From Pseudomonadota bacterium (lineage in GTDB: Bacteria > Pseudomonadota > Alphaproteobacteria > Rickettsiales > Midichloriaceae), in the NCBI GenBank assembly GCA_031424915.1, contig JANPII010000162.1:1-34970 (forward strand): a DNA stretch of 34,970 nucleotides. The letters run 5' to 3'. Made by a program: the position numbers and the translations under genes. Below the pieces are notes generated by a model. It was not told where the DNA came from, did no database searches, and saw nothing but the letters and a program-made list of their open reading frames with translations. Shown one piece after another: positions 19,013 to 29,315 of the stretch (position 1 is its first letter; each line of letters starts with the position of its first letter).

Positions 19013-19867
19013 TTATACCGCTTCTGCCCCAGAAATAATCTCAATCAACTCTTTGGTAATATAAGCCTGCCTCGTCCTATTATATAATAGGTTTAACTTA
19101 CGTATCATATCACCAGAGTTCCGCGTTGCATTCTCCATTGCCGTCATACGGGCACTATACTCACTAGCCGTATTCTCCAATAGCGCGCTATATAATTGCA
19201 CAGCAATATTTTGAGGCAATAAGCGCTCCAACAAATCTTCGTTGGTGGACTCTACCTCATATACTTCATTTGGATCACCCTCCTCAAGCTGCAGAGGAAT
19301 AATTTGCTGCATTGCGGGAATTTGGCTAATAACCGACTTAAATTGGCTATAATAAAGACGGCAGATATCAAATTGATCATGAGCAAACAAACTTAGTATT
19401 TCTTCTGCTACATGGGTGGCATCCGCAAATGTTGTATTTCCAGGAGCCTCGCGCTGAGCAACGATCAGATTTGGATAACGTCTCTTTAATAGCTCGTAAC
19501 CTTTGCGCCCAACGCACATGATTTTAACCTGCTTCTGTTGTGCAAGTAGGCTTTCTATCTCTTGCCGTACTAACTTAACAATAGCGCTGTTGAAAGCACC
19601 ACATAAGCCACGATCAGCTGTGTTTACTACTAATAAATAGGTATGATCGCGTCCTGTCCCTGTTAATAGAGACTTACCACCGGCTCTATGTGATCCTGCT
19701 AAAGCCCCGACAATTTGCGCCATCTTAACAGCATATGGACGTGCGGCTGCTGCCCTCTCCCGTGCTCTTTTCAGCTTAGATGCAGCAACCATCTTCATTG
19801 CTTTGGTGAGCTTTTGCGTAGAACGGACTGTCTTGATCCTATTTTTTAATGACTTGAGCGATGCCAT
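19013..19867 (-). CDS. atpG: F0F1 ATP synthase subunit gamma
   Basis: 284 aa. It has the N-terminus MASLKSLKNRIKTVRSTQKLTKAMKMVAASKL and the C-terminus ITKELIEIISGAEA, both gamma-subunit hallmarks. Confidence 0.95.
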   Translation of the reverse strand: MASLKSLKNRIKTVRSTQKLTKAMKMVAASKLKRARERAAAARPYAVKMAQIVGALAGSHRAGGKSLLTGTGRDHTYLLVVNTADRGLCGAFNSAIVKLVRQEIESLLAQQKQVKIMCVGRKGYELLKRRYPNLIVAQREAPGNTTFADATHVAEEILSLFAHDQFDICRLYYSQFKSVISQIPAMQQIIPLQLEEGDPNEVYEVESTNEDLLERLLPQNIAVQLYSALLENTASEYSARMTAMENATRNSGDMIRKLNLLYNRTRQAYITKELIEIISGAEAV

Positions 19868-19870
19868 AGC

Positions 19871-21409
19871 TTATGCAAACACCTTCACTAATCCTTCAAT
19901 AACCTGTCGCAGCTGCTGCTCCGACCCCTCAGTTAGACGTTCCTCTTTACGTATAGTTTCAAGCAAAGAAGTATAGTTAACCTTAAGCTCACGCATTAGT
20001 TCTTCCTCAAAGCGCTTTATATTTTTAGCCTCTATATTATCTAAGTAGCCCTTAACTCCTGCAAAGATTATAGCTACCTGCTCTTCCATAGCCAAAGGGG
20101 AATATTGATCCTGCTTCAGCAACTCAGTAAGTCGAGCACCCCGTGCTAATAAACGTTGGGTAGTAACATCCAAATCTGAACCAAACTGAGCAAATGCTTC
20201 CATCTCTCTATATTGAGCCAATTCCAATTTAATACTGCCTGCCACTTGTTTCATAGCTTTAGTCTGCGCTGCAGAACCCACACGACTGACGGATAAACCA
20301 ACGTTAACAGCAGGACGGGTGCCCTTGTAGAACAACTCAGTTTCCAGGAATATCTGACCATCAGTAATAGAGATTACATTAGTTGGAATATAAGCTGATA
20401 CATCACCAGCTTGTGTCTCAATAATTGGAAGTGCAGTTAGTGAGCCACCGCCCATCTCGTCTGACATTTTAGCAGCACGCTCTAACAAACGAGAGTGCAG
20501 GTAAAATACATCACCTGGATAAGCCTCCCGTCCTGGGGGACGGCGCAGCAGCAGTGACATTTGGCGATAAGCCACCGCATGATTACTTAAGTTATCATAT
20601 ACCATTAAAGCATGTTTGCCATTGTCTCTAAAATATTCGCCCATAGCGCAACCTGAGTATGGAGCCAAAAATTGGAATGGAGCTGCCTGAGAGGCAGAAG
20701 CTGCCACTATAGTACAATATTCTAGGGCACCACTTTCTTCTAAGGTCTTCACCAAGCGTGCGATCGTTGATTGCTTCTGGCCAATTGCCACATAAACGCA
20801 ATAAATCTTCTTACTCTCATCATCACCTTGGTGGGCTTTGCGTTGGTTTAAGATGGTATCTATAGCGATAGTAGTTTTGCCAGTTTGGCGATCTCCAATA
20901 ATTAATTCACGTTGTCCACGCCCAATCGGTATTAGGCTATCAATCACTTTAATTCCAGTCTGTACTGGCTCATGTACCGACCGACGTGCAATAATACCTG
21001 GGGCTTTTTGTTCCACCAATCTATATTCAATCTTACCTTTAAGAGGACCCTTACCATCCACAGGATTACCTAATGGATCTACTACTCTTCCTAACAGTGC
21101 TGGACCAGTTGGCACCTGGGCAATCTTATTGGTACGCTTTACAATGTCGCCTTCGCTTACACTGTGGTCATCACCCATAATTACTATCTTAACGCTATCT
21201 TCTTCGAGATTAAGTACAATACCGCAGACACCGCTGGCGAATTCCACCATCTCAAAATATTCAACCGAGTCCAATCCACATGCAGTGGCAATACCATCTC
21301 CTACTTTTACTACCTGCCCTACTACTTCTAATGGTTCTGCCTCATTACTGAAACTACTTATTTGCTTACGCAACTGCGCAGAAATTTCAGATGCCTTTAT
21401 CTTACCCAT
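19871..21409 (-). CDS. atpA: F0F1 ATP synthase subunit alpha
   Basis: 512 aa. It has the Walker A motif GDRQTGKTT and conserved alpha-subunit blocks ([26 protein letters not shown]). Confidence 0.97.
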   Translation of the reverse strand: MGKIKASEISAQLRKQISSFSNEAEPLEVVGQVVKVGDGIATACGLDSVEYFEMVEFASGVCGIVLNLEEDSVKIVIMGDDHSVSEGDIVKRTNKIAQVPTGPALLGRVVDPLGNPVDGKGPLKGKIEYRLVEQKAPGIIARRSVHEPVQTGIKVIDSLIPIGRGQRELIIGDRQTGKTTIAIDTILNQRKAHQGDDESKKIYCVYVAIGQKQSTIARLVKTLEESGALEYCTIVAASASQAAPFQFLAPYSGCAMGEYFRDNGKHALMVYDNLSNHAVAYRQMSLLLRRPPGREAYPGDVFYLHSRLLERAAKMSDEMGGGSLTALPIIETQAGDVSAYIPTNVISITDGQIFLETELFYKGTRPAVNVGLSVSRVGSAAQTKAMKQVAGSIKLELAQYREMEAFAQFGSDLDVTTQRLLARGARLTELLKQDQYSPLAMEEQVAIIFAGVKGYLDNIEAKNIKRFEEELMRELKVNYTSLLETIRKEERLTEGSEQQLRQVIEGLVKVFA

Positions 21410-21432
21410 GCACGCTCCTTCTCTATTAACAA

Positions 21433-21975
21433 TTAATTTAGGGCCAATTTTACAAGCCGATTTAATTTACTCGCAAGCGAGCGATCAAGCATTTTTGATT
21501 CATACTTCACTATTATTCCACCTAATAATTCTGGCTTTACTGTTATTTCTAATTCTATCTTTTTATTTAGAGCCTCTGCCAAAGCCTTTTCTATCTTCTG
21601 CGAGGCAATTTTTGTTAAATCCGCCGCTACTTCCACCTGTACTAATAGCTGGTTATAGTGTTCCATTACACGAGCCTCATATGCCTTTTTTATTTCTTGC
21701 AATGCATACATACGATTATTACGCACCATAGTATATAACAAACCTATAGTCACTTTTTCCAGCTTTAACTTATCAATTGCAGTATTCAAGAAGACAAACT
21801 TAGTTTTAGTCGGCACCACTCGACTCATGATAAAAGACTTATACTGCTGGTCTAACTCCACCACCTGCAGAACCTGGTTCAAATTTTGCACCACTACATC
21901 CAGAGCCTTTGCTTCCAGCGCCACCTCAAACAAAGCGCTAGAGTACTTTTTTGCAATCAACGACTTACTTAGCAT
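21433..21975 (-). CDS. atpH: F0F1 ATP synthase subunit delta (OSCP)
   Basis: 180 aa. The [14 protein letters not shown]-terminus and the [24 protein letters not shown]-terminal block are typical of delta. It is the first gene of atpHAGDC. Confidence 0.85.
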   Translation of the reverse strand: MLSKSLIAKKYSSALFEVALEAKALDVVVQNLNQVLQVVELDQQYKSFIMSRVVPTKTKFVFLNTAIDKLKLEKVTIGLLYTMVRNNRMYALQEIKKAYEARVMEHYNQLLVQVEVAADLTKIASQKIEKALAEALNKKIELEITVKPELLGGIIVKYESKMLDRSLASKLNRLVKLALN

Positions 21976-22097
21976 AATAATATAGTAAGACCAAAATACC
22001 GAAACATAAGTACCACATCTTCTTTAGAGTGACAAGCCCACCTGTAATATTTTTATTGTTGTGGTCAGTTTGTACCCATCTGATATGCAGTTTGTTT

Positions 22098-24518
22098 CTA
22101 ATAAACCACACCTAAGGCGTTATCCTCATCTGGTTGCATATCTTCCAAACCTTCAAGTGGAATGTCGCCTTGCATCTTTATATTACCTGCTTGGTTTTCG
22201 TCTTCTTGGCTTAAGAAAGCTTCTGATATAATGCGCTTGCGTTCTGTATCTTCAGTAACCGCTCCCCCAGTATTGCCGTCAATCTGCACTATCTTAATTC
22301 CTTCTGGCACCCTGAAATTACGGTTGGGAATATCAGTTATAGCACTTTGCATAAACTCTATAAAAATAGGTAGGGCAAGAGTTGCCCCAGTTTCACGCTG
22401 CCCTAGGCTGCGTGGTGTATCAAAACCTACGTAAACACCGACTACAATATCCGGAGTAAAACCAATAAACCACGTATCAAAGCTATCATTAGTTGTACCA
22501 GTTTTGCCTGCCACCGTACGATGTAACTGCAAGGCGCGAGCAGCAGTACCACGCTTTACCGCCCCTTCTAACATCGAGATCATTTGATAACTCCTGCGCT
22601 CATCAATTATCCTAGTATGCTGCATCTCAATAATTGGCATAGTAGGAGACTCTTCTTCAGGCGCAACTTGGCACCTTTCACAGGTACTATGATCAGAACT
22701 ATAGACCATGCGTCCTTTGTAATCATATATACGGTCGATCAACTGAGGTTTAACCAGCTGTCCATAGCTGGCAATTATATTATAGGCATTTGTTGCATCA
22801 AGCAGCGTAGTTTCATAGGCACCCAAAGCTACGGCTAAGGTGCTAGGCGCACTTTTATACAATCCTAAGCGTATGGCAGTATCTGCCACTTTTTTTAACT
22901 CTAAAGCAACAGCAAGGCGCACTGTAGGGGTGTTACGCGATTTCTCCAGTGCTTGGCGCAAGGTCATTGGTCCTAAAAAATTGTTGCCATAGTTTTTGGG
23001 ACGCCATGCCGCCATGCCTGGGCCTTGCGACAAAGTGATTGGCTCATCCAGTACAATATCATTTGGCTTATACCCTGACTCTAAAGCAGTTAAATAAACT
23101 AAAGGCTTGAATAATGAACCAGGTTGGCGCATGGCTTGAGTGACACGATTAAATTTACTATTAAAACTATAGCCCCCCGACATGGCCAGCACCTTCCCAG
23201 TACCAACCTCCATAGCTACTAGGCCCCCATTTACTGCAGGGATCTGATCAAGCATATAAATATCTTTATCCTTACTAGGCTGTACTATTATGATGTCACC
23301 TGGCTTTAAGATACCGCGCAAGCCGGCTGCTTCTTTGACCTTGCTACTTAAAGCCCAGCGTGCTTGTTCTATAGGGATAATACCTGCATCACCATTGGCT
23401 ATACCAATTTGTGCTTCTTTAGCGCTGGCGCTAATAACTACGGCTACCATATAACCATCTGCTTCTGCAGGAGGCACATATTGATGCATATGTTCTTGCC
23501 AATTATCTTCAGTAATGCCAATTCCTATATTAGATAGAGGACCACGAAAACCACGTTTATGATCATAAGCCCGAATGCCATTACGCAATGCAGTGGCGGC
23601 TATATCTTGCATTTTAGGGTTTAGATAAGTAAAAACCGTATATCCTTTGGTATATACATTCTCTTCATCGAATTGGCGCAACATCTCGCTGCGAACTGAT
23701 TCAGCATAATATTCTGCATTACGTACAAATTCTTCACGACGAGTTTGTAGAACAATAGGTGCGGCAGTTGCTTTTTTTGCCTCATCATTAGAAATAAATT
23801 TTTCTTCTAGCATTCTATCAATAACCCAGTCTCGCCGAGCTTTTGCGCGTCCATAATGCCTGAAGGGATTCATTTGCGAAGGTGCCTTAGGTAGTGCTGC
23901 AAGCATTGCTGCTTCTTCAACAGTTAAATCCTTTAGCTCTTTATTAAAGTAATTAAGAGATGCAGCAGCTACTCCATATGAACTGTGCCCCAAGAAAATT
24001 TGATTTAAGTATAGCTCTAAAATACGCTCCTTGGAATATACCTTACTAATACGATACGCGAGGATTGCTTCCTTTAATTTGCGTGTCATCGTACGTTCAT
24101 TAGTAAGCAAGAAATTTTTCACTACTTGCTGAGTAATAGTAGAGCCTCCTACTACAGAGCGCTGTCGTCCAAGATGAAAAATATTTTGTACTGCAGCACG
24201 GGCAATACTATATAAGTCTATGCCAGGATGATGAAAAAAATTCTTATCTTCTGCTGCTAAAAATGCCTGAACTACAGTTTCTGGAATCTCATTATATAAG
24301 ACGTAGATACGTTTTTCCTTAGCATATTCTTCGATCAACCGACCATCTAAAGAGTATAGCCTTGAAATCGTAGGGGGATCATATTCTTCTAGCTGCCTGT
24401 AATCGGGTAGGTCATTGCTAAAATGAATCACTAAAGCCACAATACTTAAGGTACCAACCACAAATAAGCCAAATACAAGCGTTACCCAAAATGATATTTT
24501 ATGTAGTAATCGCTCCAT
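22098..24518 (-). CDS. mrcA: penicillin-binding protein 1A (bifunctional glycosyltransferase/transpeptidase)
   Basis: 806 aa. It has an N-terminal TM anchor, the GT51 motifs EDKNFFHHPGID and GGSTITQQ, and the transpeptidase motifs SLFKP (SxxK), SRN and KTGTT. Confidence 0.92.
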   Translation of the reverse strand: MERLLHKISFWVTLVFGLFVVGTLSIVALVIHFSNDLPDYRQLEEYDPPTISRLYSLDGRLIEEYAKEKRIYVLYNEIPETVVQAFLAAEDKNFFHHPGIDLYSIARAAVQNIFHLGRQRSVVGGSTITQQVVKNFLLTNERTMTRKLKEAILAYRISKVYSKERILELYLNQIFLGHSSYGVAAASLNYFNKELKDLTVEEAAMLAALPKAPSQMNPFRHYGRAKARRDWVIDRMLEEKFISNDEAKKATAAPIVLQTRREEFVRNAEYYAESVRSEMLRQFDEENVYTKGYTVFTYLNPKMQDIAATALRNGIRAYDHKRGFRGPLSNIGIGITEDNWQEHMHQYVPPAEADGYMVAVVISASAKEAQIGIANGDAGIIPIEQARWALSSKVKEAAGLRGILKPGDIIIVQPSKDKDIYMLDQIPAVNGGLVAMEVGTGKVLAMSGGYSFNSKFNRVTQAMRQPGSLFKPLVYLTALESGYKPNDIVLDEPITLSQGPGMAAWRPKNYGNNFLGPMTLRQALEKSRNTPTVRLAVALELKKVADTAIRLGLYKSAPSTLAVALGAYETTLLDATNAYNIIASYGQLVKPQLIDRIYDYKGRMVYSSDHSTCERCQVAPEEESPTMPIIEMQHTRIIDERRSYQMISMLEGAVKRGTAARALQLHRTVAGKTGTTNDSFDTWFIGFTPDIVVGVYVGFDTPRSLGQRETGATLALPIFIEFMQSAITDIPNRNFRVPEGIKIVQIDGNTGGAVTEDTERKRIISEAFLSQEDENQAGNIKMQGDIPLEGLEDMQPDEDNALGVVY

Positions 24519-24964
24519 ACTGCCTTTTAACTTAAGTTTTTATGCCACTGGTGTCATAGTAATGTAACACGACTCATAAATTCTGTAAAGAAAGATTAGC
24601 CGTTATAGCACCATGAATAGTTCGAAAGGTTTGTTGCCTTTATGTTGCTGTCATAATATAATTACGTCCTAAAAAAATAGTAGAGCGACCCAAGTAGGCA
24701 ACATGTAGTTGTCAAGCACAATTAAAAAAAGCGTTAGGCCGGAAAAACCTGGGCCACAACAAGTCAAGCAAATTCATACATCTATATATAGTATAACTCT
24801 TGTGCGACACACAACCAATCATATATTATTAATAATTTAGTGATACCAAGTAATCTACGCTATAGTAGCATATCTGCAACTCTCCATGCCAAATAGACCT
24901 TACCCATTAGAAAGGGGGTTGCTTATTAGTATGGAACTACATATAGTTAGAGAAAGAAGCCATT

Positions 24965-26866
24965 ATGGCAACATCTTACAGGAGTTCAAGTATGGCAAGC
25001 AATGCAAGCGCCCTAAAATTTAGTGCAAAAAACAGACAGTGTCATGAAGTTATAGTTGATGACTCTCGTGATGCATTGCTCACAGACTTTGGCAAGACGG
25101 TTCTGCAAGACCGCTATGTTTTGCCTAATGAATCATTTCAAGAGCTATTTGGCCGTGTAGCTGGATACTATGCTGATAATGCAGCACATGCGCAACGCCT
25201 ATATGACTACATCAGTCAAATGTACTTTATGCCAGCTACTCCTGTGCTAACTAACGGTGGGACGGATCGTGGCTTGCCAATCTCTTGCTTTTTAAATGAA
25301 GTACAAGATAGCCTACAGAGTATATCTGATGTGTATAGCGAGAATATTTGGCTAGCTGCAGGTGGCGGTGGAATTGGAACTTATTGGGGAGCAGTACGTT
25401 CTATTGGAGAAGAAGTGCGTGGAGATGGAAAAAGCTCAGGCACAATGCCTTTTATTGCAGCGCAAGATGGATTGTCACGCGCTGTATCCCAAGGCTTAAG
25501 GCGACGCGGCAGCTCTGCGGTTTACAAGCCTGTGTGGCATCCAGAGATTGAGGAGTTTATTGAAATGCGCCGCCCTACTGGTGGTGACCCTGGGCGCAAG
25601 GCCATGAATCTACACCATGGTGTAGTCATTGGTAATGAATTTATGCACGCCGTAGAACAAGACGCCCCTTGGGAATTGCGTAGCCCCAAGGATGGGAAAG
25701 TTATGTCTATCGTCAAGGCAAGAGACCTATGGATACGTATATTAACTGCACGTATTGAAACAGGCGAACCTTACCTATTATTTATTGATCATGTTAATGA
25801 TATGGCTCCAGAATCTTATAAGCGTAATGGTCTATACATAAAGACTTCAAATCTCTGCAGCGAGATTACACTATCTACTGGCACAGACCAGCTTGGTGAG
25901 CAAAGGACAGCGGTATGTTGTCTATCTTCACTGAACTTAGAGACTTATGAAGAATGGAAAGATAACCCTCAGTTTATTGAAGATGTAATGCGCTTTTTGG
26001 ATAATGTTTTACAGGATTTTATTGATAAAGCCCCAGATACTATAGCTAAAGCTAGATATTCTGCATATCGTGAGCGAAGTGTGGGCCTAGGAGTAATGGG
26101 TTGGCACTCCTTCCTACAATCAAAAATGGTGCCTATGGAATCTGCTATGGCTAAGGCATGGAATTTTAAGATATTCCGCCATATCAAGGAAGGAGTAGAT
26201 GACGCATCTTATAAAATTGCAATGGATAAGGGACCATGCCCAGATGCTGCTGACGTTGGACTAATGGAGCGCTTTACCCATAAAACCGCGGTTGCACCCA
26301 CGGCCTCTATCTCAGTTATTGCTGGAAATTCATCTCCAGGAATTGAGCCATATAACTCTAATGCTTTTACACAAAAAACCCTGAGCGGGTCCTTTAATGT
26401 ACGTAATAAACATTTAAAAATATTGTTACAGAAACAAGGTAAAGACACAGATGATGTATGGTCTTCTATTATGAATAATGAAGGTTCGGTACAACAATTG
26501 GACTTCTTAAGTCAGGATGAAAAAGATGTGTTTAAAACCGCGTTTGAGATAGATCAGCGCTGGATTATAGACCTAGCAGCCGACCGCACCCAATATATTT
26601 GCCAAGCCCAGTCCTTAAATATATTTATGGCTGCCGATATCAGCAAGCATGATCTACATATGATCCACTATACTGCTTGGAAGCGCAAAATTAAAGCTAT
26701 GTACTATATGCGCTCTAAATCTCTGCAGCGTGCTGATAATGTGTCAATTAAAAATGATAAGACTATGGTGCAATTAGAGATGAAGCTAATACCACAGCCA
26801 ACAGATGGGGATGCAAATAGCGATCCTGCAAACAATAATTATGAAGAGTGCATCGCCTGCCAGTAG
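24965..26866 (+). CDS. nrdA: class I ribonucleoside-diphosphate reductase alpha subunit, short form without an ATP-cone
   Basis: 633 aa. The active-site motifs are PISCFL, SNLCSEI (Cys/Glu) and PTASIS. The class I radical-transfer tyrosine pair is in IKAMYYMRS. The C-terminal redox pair is CIACQ. There is no VxKRDG-type ATP-cone at the N-terminus. No nrdB is adjacent. Confidence 0.88.
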   Translation: MATSYRSSSMASNASALKFSAKNRQCHEVIVDDSRDALLTDFGKTVLQDRYVLPNESFQELFGRVAGYYADNAAHAQRLYDYISQMYFMPATPVLTNGGTDRGLPISCFLNEVQDSLQSISDVYSENIWLAAGGGGIGTYWGAVRSIGEEVRGDGKSSGTMPFIAAQDGLSRAVSQGLRRRGSSAVYKPVWHPEIEEFIEMRRPTGGDPGRKAMNLHHGVVIGNEFMHAVEQDAPWELRSPKDGKVMSIVKARDLWIRILTARIETGEPYLLFIDHVNDMAPESYKRNGLYIKTSNLCSEITLSTGTDQLGEQRTAVCCLSSLNLETYEEWKDNPQFIEDVMRFLDNVLQDFIDKAPDTIAKARYSAYRERSVGLGVMGWHSFLQSKMVPMESAMAKAWNFKIFRHIKEGVDDASYKIAMDKGPCPDAADVGLMERFTHKTAVAPTASISVIAGNSSPGIEPYNSNAFTQKTLSGSFNVRNKHLKILLQKQGKDTDDVWSSIMNNEGSVQQLDFLSQDEKDVFKTAFEIDQRWIIDLAADRTQYICQAQSLNIFMAADISKHDLHMIHYTAWKRKIKAMYYMRSKSLQRADNVSIKNDKTMVQLEMKLIPQPTDGDANSDPANNNYEECIACQ

Positions 26867-26883
26867 TAGAACATAATAAGTGT

Positions 26884-28047
26884 TCAAGGGATATAAGCCT
26901 GGGCCTTAGCATACACCTCATTGTGCAGAGCATACACATCATCTACTGTATTGACATCTAGATTTTGGCTCTGGTCCATAGCACGCAGTACAATTCGCTC
27001 GATATCCAAAAAGCCGATAGCGCCTTTTAGAAAAAGTGCTACTGCAGCCTCATTTGCCGCATTAAGAATAATTTGCGCTGCTTGGCCGCTTACTACTGTA
27101 TCTATGGCTGCTTGTAATAAGGGAAAGCGTGCTTTATCCGGTTCAGAAAAGTTTAAGCTCCCAACAGTAGCTAAATCCAAAGTATGATGCTGAATACTAA
27201 TACGCTCTGGGTATGCCAAAATATACGCAATAGGCACACGCATATCAGGCAAGCTTAGCTGAGCTAACGATGAGCCATCACAATATGTAACCATGGAGTG
27301 TAAGACTGACTCTGGATGAATAACCACTTCAACAGCACCATATTGCAAGGGAAAAAAATAATATGCTTCAATTACCTCCAACCCCTTGTTGAACAAAGTG
27401 GCACAGTCTACAGATATCTTTGGCCCCATCTTCCAGGTAGGATGTTTTATGGCAAAATCCGGAGTAATGCCGCTCATTTCCACACGTGACATATTACGGC
27501 ATGGCCCGCCAGAGGCTGTTAAAGTAATACGCTCAACTGCAGATAACGATTGGCCAGAAATAGCTTGTAGTATTGCGCAATGCTCAGAATCCACGGGTAA
27601 AATAGCAGCGCCACTTTGTGCTGCAGCTTTACTCAGTAATGGCCCACCACACACCACACTTTCTTTATTCGCTAATGCTACAATTTTAGAACCAGAAATA
27701 GCCGCAAGTGTAGCCCTAAGCCCTGCCACACCTACGATGGCTGATACAGTAATATCTACCTGTTGAGCTGCTAGCTCTATCATTGCGGCCTCGCCAGTAT
27801 GCACTTTGATACCCGTACCACTGAGCTTGTTTTTACAAGTTTGATAAGCACTAGGCTCAATAATTACTACTTCTGTTACACCAAATTCTATAGCTTGGGC
27901 CACTAACAGATCTGCATTGGCATAGGCCATCAGCGTCTTTATATGGTATTTATCTCGATGAGCACGTATAATATCTAAAGTAGTAGTGCCGATTGAACCA
28001 GTTGAGCCTAAAATGGTTACAGAGCGAGGTGAATTTACCAAGGACAT
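26884..28047 (-). CDS. dxr: 1-deoxy-D-xylulose 5-phosphate reductoisomerase
   Basis: 387 aa. It has the NADPH fold ILGSTGSIGTTTLDI and the conserved blocks LANKESVV, PVDSEH and HPTWKMGPKISVDCATLFNKGLEVIEA. Confidence 0.95.
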   Translation of the reverse strand: MSLVNSPRSVTILGSTGSIGTTTLDIIRAHRDKYHIKTLMAYANADLLVAQAIEFGVTEVVIIEPSAYQTCKNKLSGTGIKVHTGEAAMIELAAQQVDITVSAIVGVAGLRATLAAISGSKIVALANKESVVCGGPLLSKAAAQSGAAILPVDSEHCAILQAISGQSLSAVERITLTASGGPCRNMSRVEMSGITPDFAIKHPTWKMGPKISVDCATLFNKGLEVIEAYYFFPLQYGAVEVVIHPESVLHSMVTYCDGSSLAQLSLPDMRVPIAYILAYPERISIQHHTLDLATVGSLNFSEPDKARFPLLQAAIDTVVSGQAAQIILNAANEAAVALFLKGAIGFLDIERIVLRAMDQSQNLDVNTVDDVYALHNEVYAKAQAYIP

Positions 28048-28049
28048 AT

Positions 28050-29015
28050 TTAAGCCTCCAGTTTATAATAACTTCTATACCACTGAACGGTTTGACGAAT
28101 TCCCTCTTCAATATCTGTTTTAGGATCAAAGCCTAAGTCCTTCTGAGCAGCGCTAATATCTGCATGTGACTCCAGCACATCTCCAGGCTGCATAGGTAAA
28201 TTTTTAATTTGTGCAGGCCTGCCAATTTCATTCTCAATCACTTTAAGGAAAGTTTTAAGTTCCACAGATCTTCCCTTACCTAGGTTATATAATTTATGCC
28301 CTTTTGAGCCTACTTTTATTGAAGCAATAATACCGCTTACAATGTCGTTAATATAGGTAAAATCCCTACGCATGTTGCCATTGTTATACAGTTGCACAGG
28401 CTTATTATTATATATAGCATCAATAAAGAGCAAAAGAGCCATATCAGGACGGCCCCAGGGGCCATATACTGTAAAAAAGCGCAAGCCCACAGCATTAATA
28501 CCAAACATTTTGCTGTATACAGTAGTCATAAGCTCATCAGATGCTTTAGTAGCAGCATATAATGACACGGGATCATCAATTCGTACGCTTTCATTTGTAG
28601 CATTCTGAGTACTGCCATATACTGAGCTAGAACTAGCATATACTAAACGCTCAATAGTATTGGTATGCCTGCATAATTCCAGTATTGATAGATGTCCTTC
28701 TATATTGCTTTTGATGTATGACCATGGATCTATAGTGGAATGCCTCACTCCCGCCTTAGCCGCAAGGTGTATTACATGAGAGACCTGATATTCCTGGGCT
28801 ATATCTAACATAGCTGCATGGTCACATATATCCATGTGAAAGAAAACAAAGCTCTGGGCTTTTTGCTTTAGAATTTCTATCCGGGCTTGTTTAAGAGAAA
28901 CGTCATAATAGTTATCCAAGTTGTCTATACCTATTACTTTATGTCCCTGCTCAATCAAAGCCAAAGCGGTAGAAAACCCGATGAACCCCGCAACTCCTGT
29001 TAATAATATAACCAT
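28050..29015 (-). CDS. NAD-dependent epimerase/dehydratase (SDR), UDP-glucuronate 4-epimerase-like
   Basis: 321 aa. It has the Rossmann motif TGVAGFIG, the catalytic YAATK, and the block LRFFTVYGPWGRPDMA typical of CapI/LpsL-type UDP-GlcA 4-epimerases. Its stop lies 2 nt from the dxr start. Confidence 0.85.
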   Translation of the reverse strand: MVILLTGVAGFIGFSTALALIEQGHKVIGIDNLDNYYDVSLKQARIEILKQKAQSFVFFHMDICDHAAMLDIAQEYQVSHVIHLAAKAGVRHSTIDPWSYIKSNIEGHLSILELCRHTNTIERLVYASSSSVYGSTQNATNESVRIDDPVSLYAATKASDELMTTVYSKMFGINAVGLRFFTVYGPWGRPDMALLLFIDAIYNNKPVQLYNNGNMRRDFTYINDIVSGIIASIKVGSKGHKLYNLGKGRSVELKTFLKVIENEIGRPAQIKNLPMQPGDVLESHADISAAQKDLGFDPKTDIEEGIRQTVQWYRSYYKLEA

Positions 29016-29047
29016 AGCTACCCCCAGCTTTTTGGATAATATTCCTT

Positions 29048-29255
29048 CTCTTATATAACCTGAGCTATGCTTAAGAATATATGGTACTTGTAAAAGGCAA
29101 TAGAGTCGTCATCACGAGCGCCTAAGGCGCGTGGTGATCCATTAAATGTTAGCTTTCTAGATTGCCACGCCCTTTCAGGGCTCCCAATGACGCTATAATT
29201 GTCACTTTTAAGCATCTCCTACCTTTCTCTTAAACATAGCTCAGGTTATTTAGAG
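29048..29255. mobile_element. 208-nt MITE-like palindromic element: two inverted arms of about 100 nt, each carrying a GC-rich hairpin
   Basis: The terminal inverted repeats are ataacctgagctatgcttaa (29055-29074) and ttaaacatagctcaggttat (29230-29249), with 19/20 complementary positions. The arms remain alignable inward, for example aaaaggcaatagagtcgtcatcacgagcgcctaaggcgcgtggtgatc against the reverse complement aaaagtgacaattatagcgtcattgggagccctgaaagggcgtggcaatc. It contains no ORF. A related arm lies at 31273-31350. Confidence 0.6.
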
Positions 29256-29315
29256 CCAAAGTTAATATAAGCCAATTATAGGCTGATGGCAAGGGAACTA
29301 AAAGCTTGCATATAT

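Noticed and set aside
20838-21731. 297-aa plus-strand ORF spanning the atpA/atpH junction
   Set aside because: It is antisense to two strongly conserved ATP synthase genes, has no recognisable motifs, and is Ser/Pro/Leu/Thr-rich. Long antisense ORFs arise from codon bias.
24544-24550. gccactg, the core of the cobalamin-riboswitch B12 box, upstream of the ribonucleotide reductase gene
   Set aside because: The heptamer is isolated and the surrounding riboswitch consensus is absent. It lies more than 400 nt from nrdA, next to the mrcA start. The reductase has the class I Tyr-Tyr motif, so B12 regulation is not expected.
26867-26883. 17-nt convergent gap between the nrdA and dxr stops
   Set aside because: I looked for a bidirectional terminator and found no stem-loop. 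It is only noted as context in the operon-fragmentation finding.
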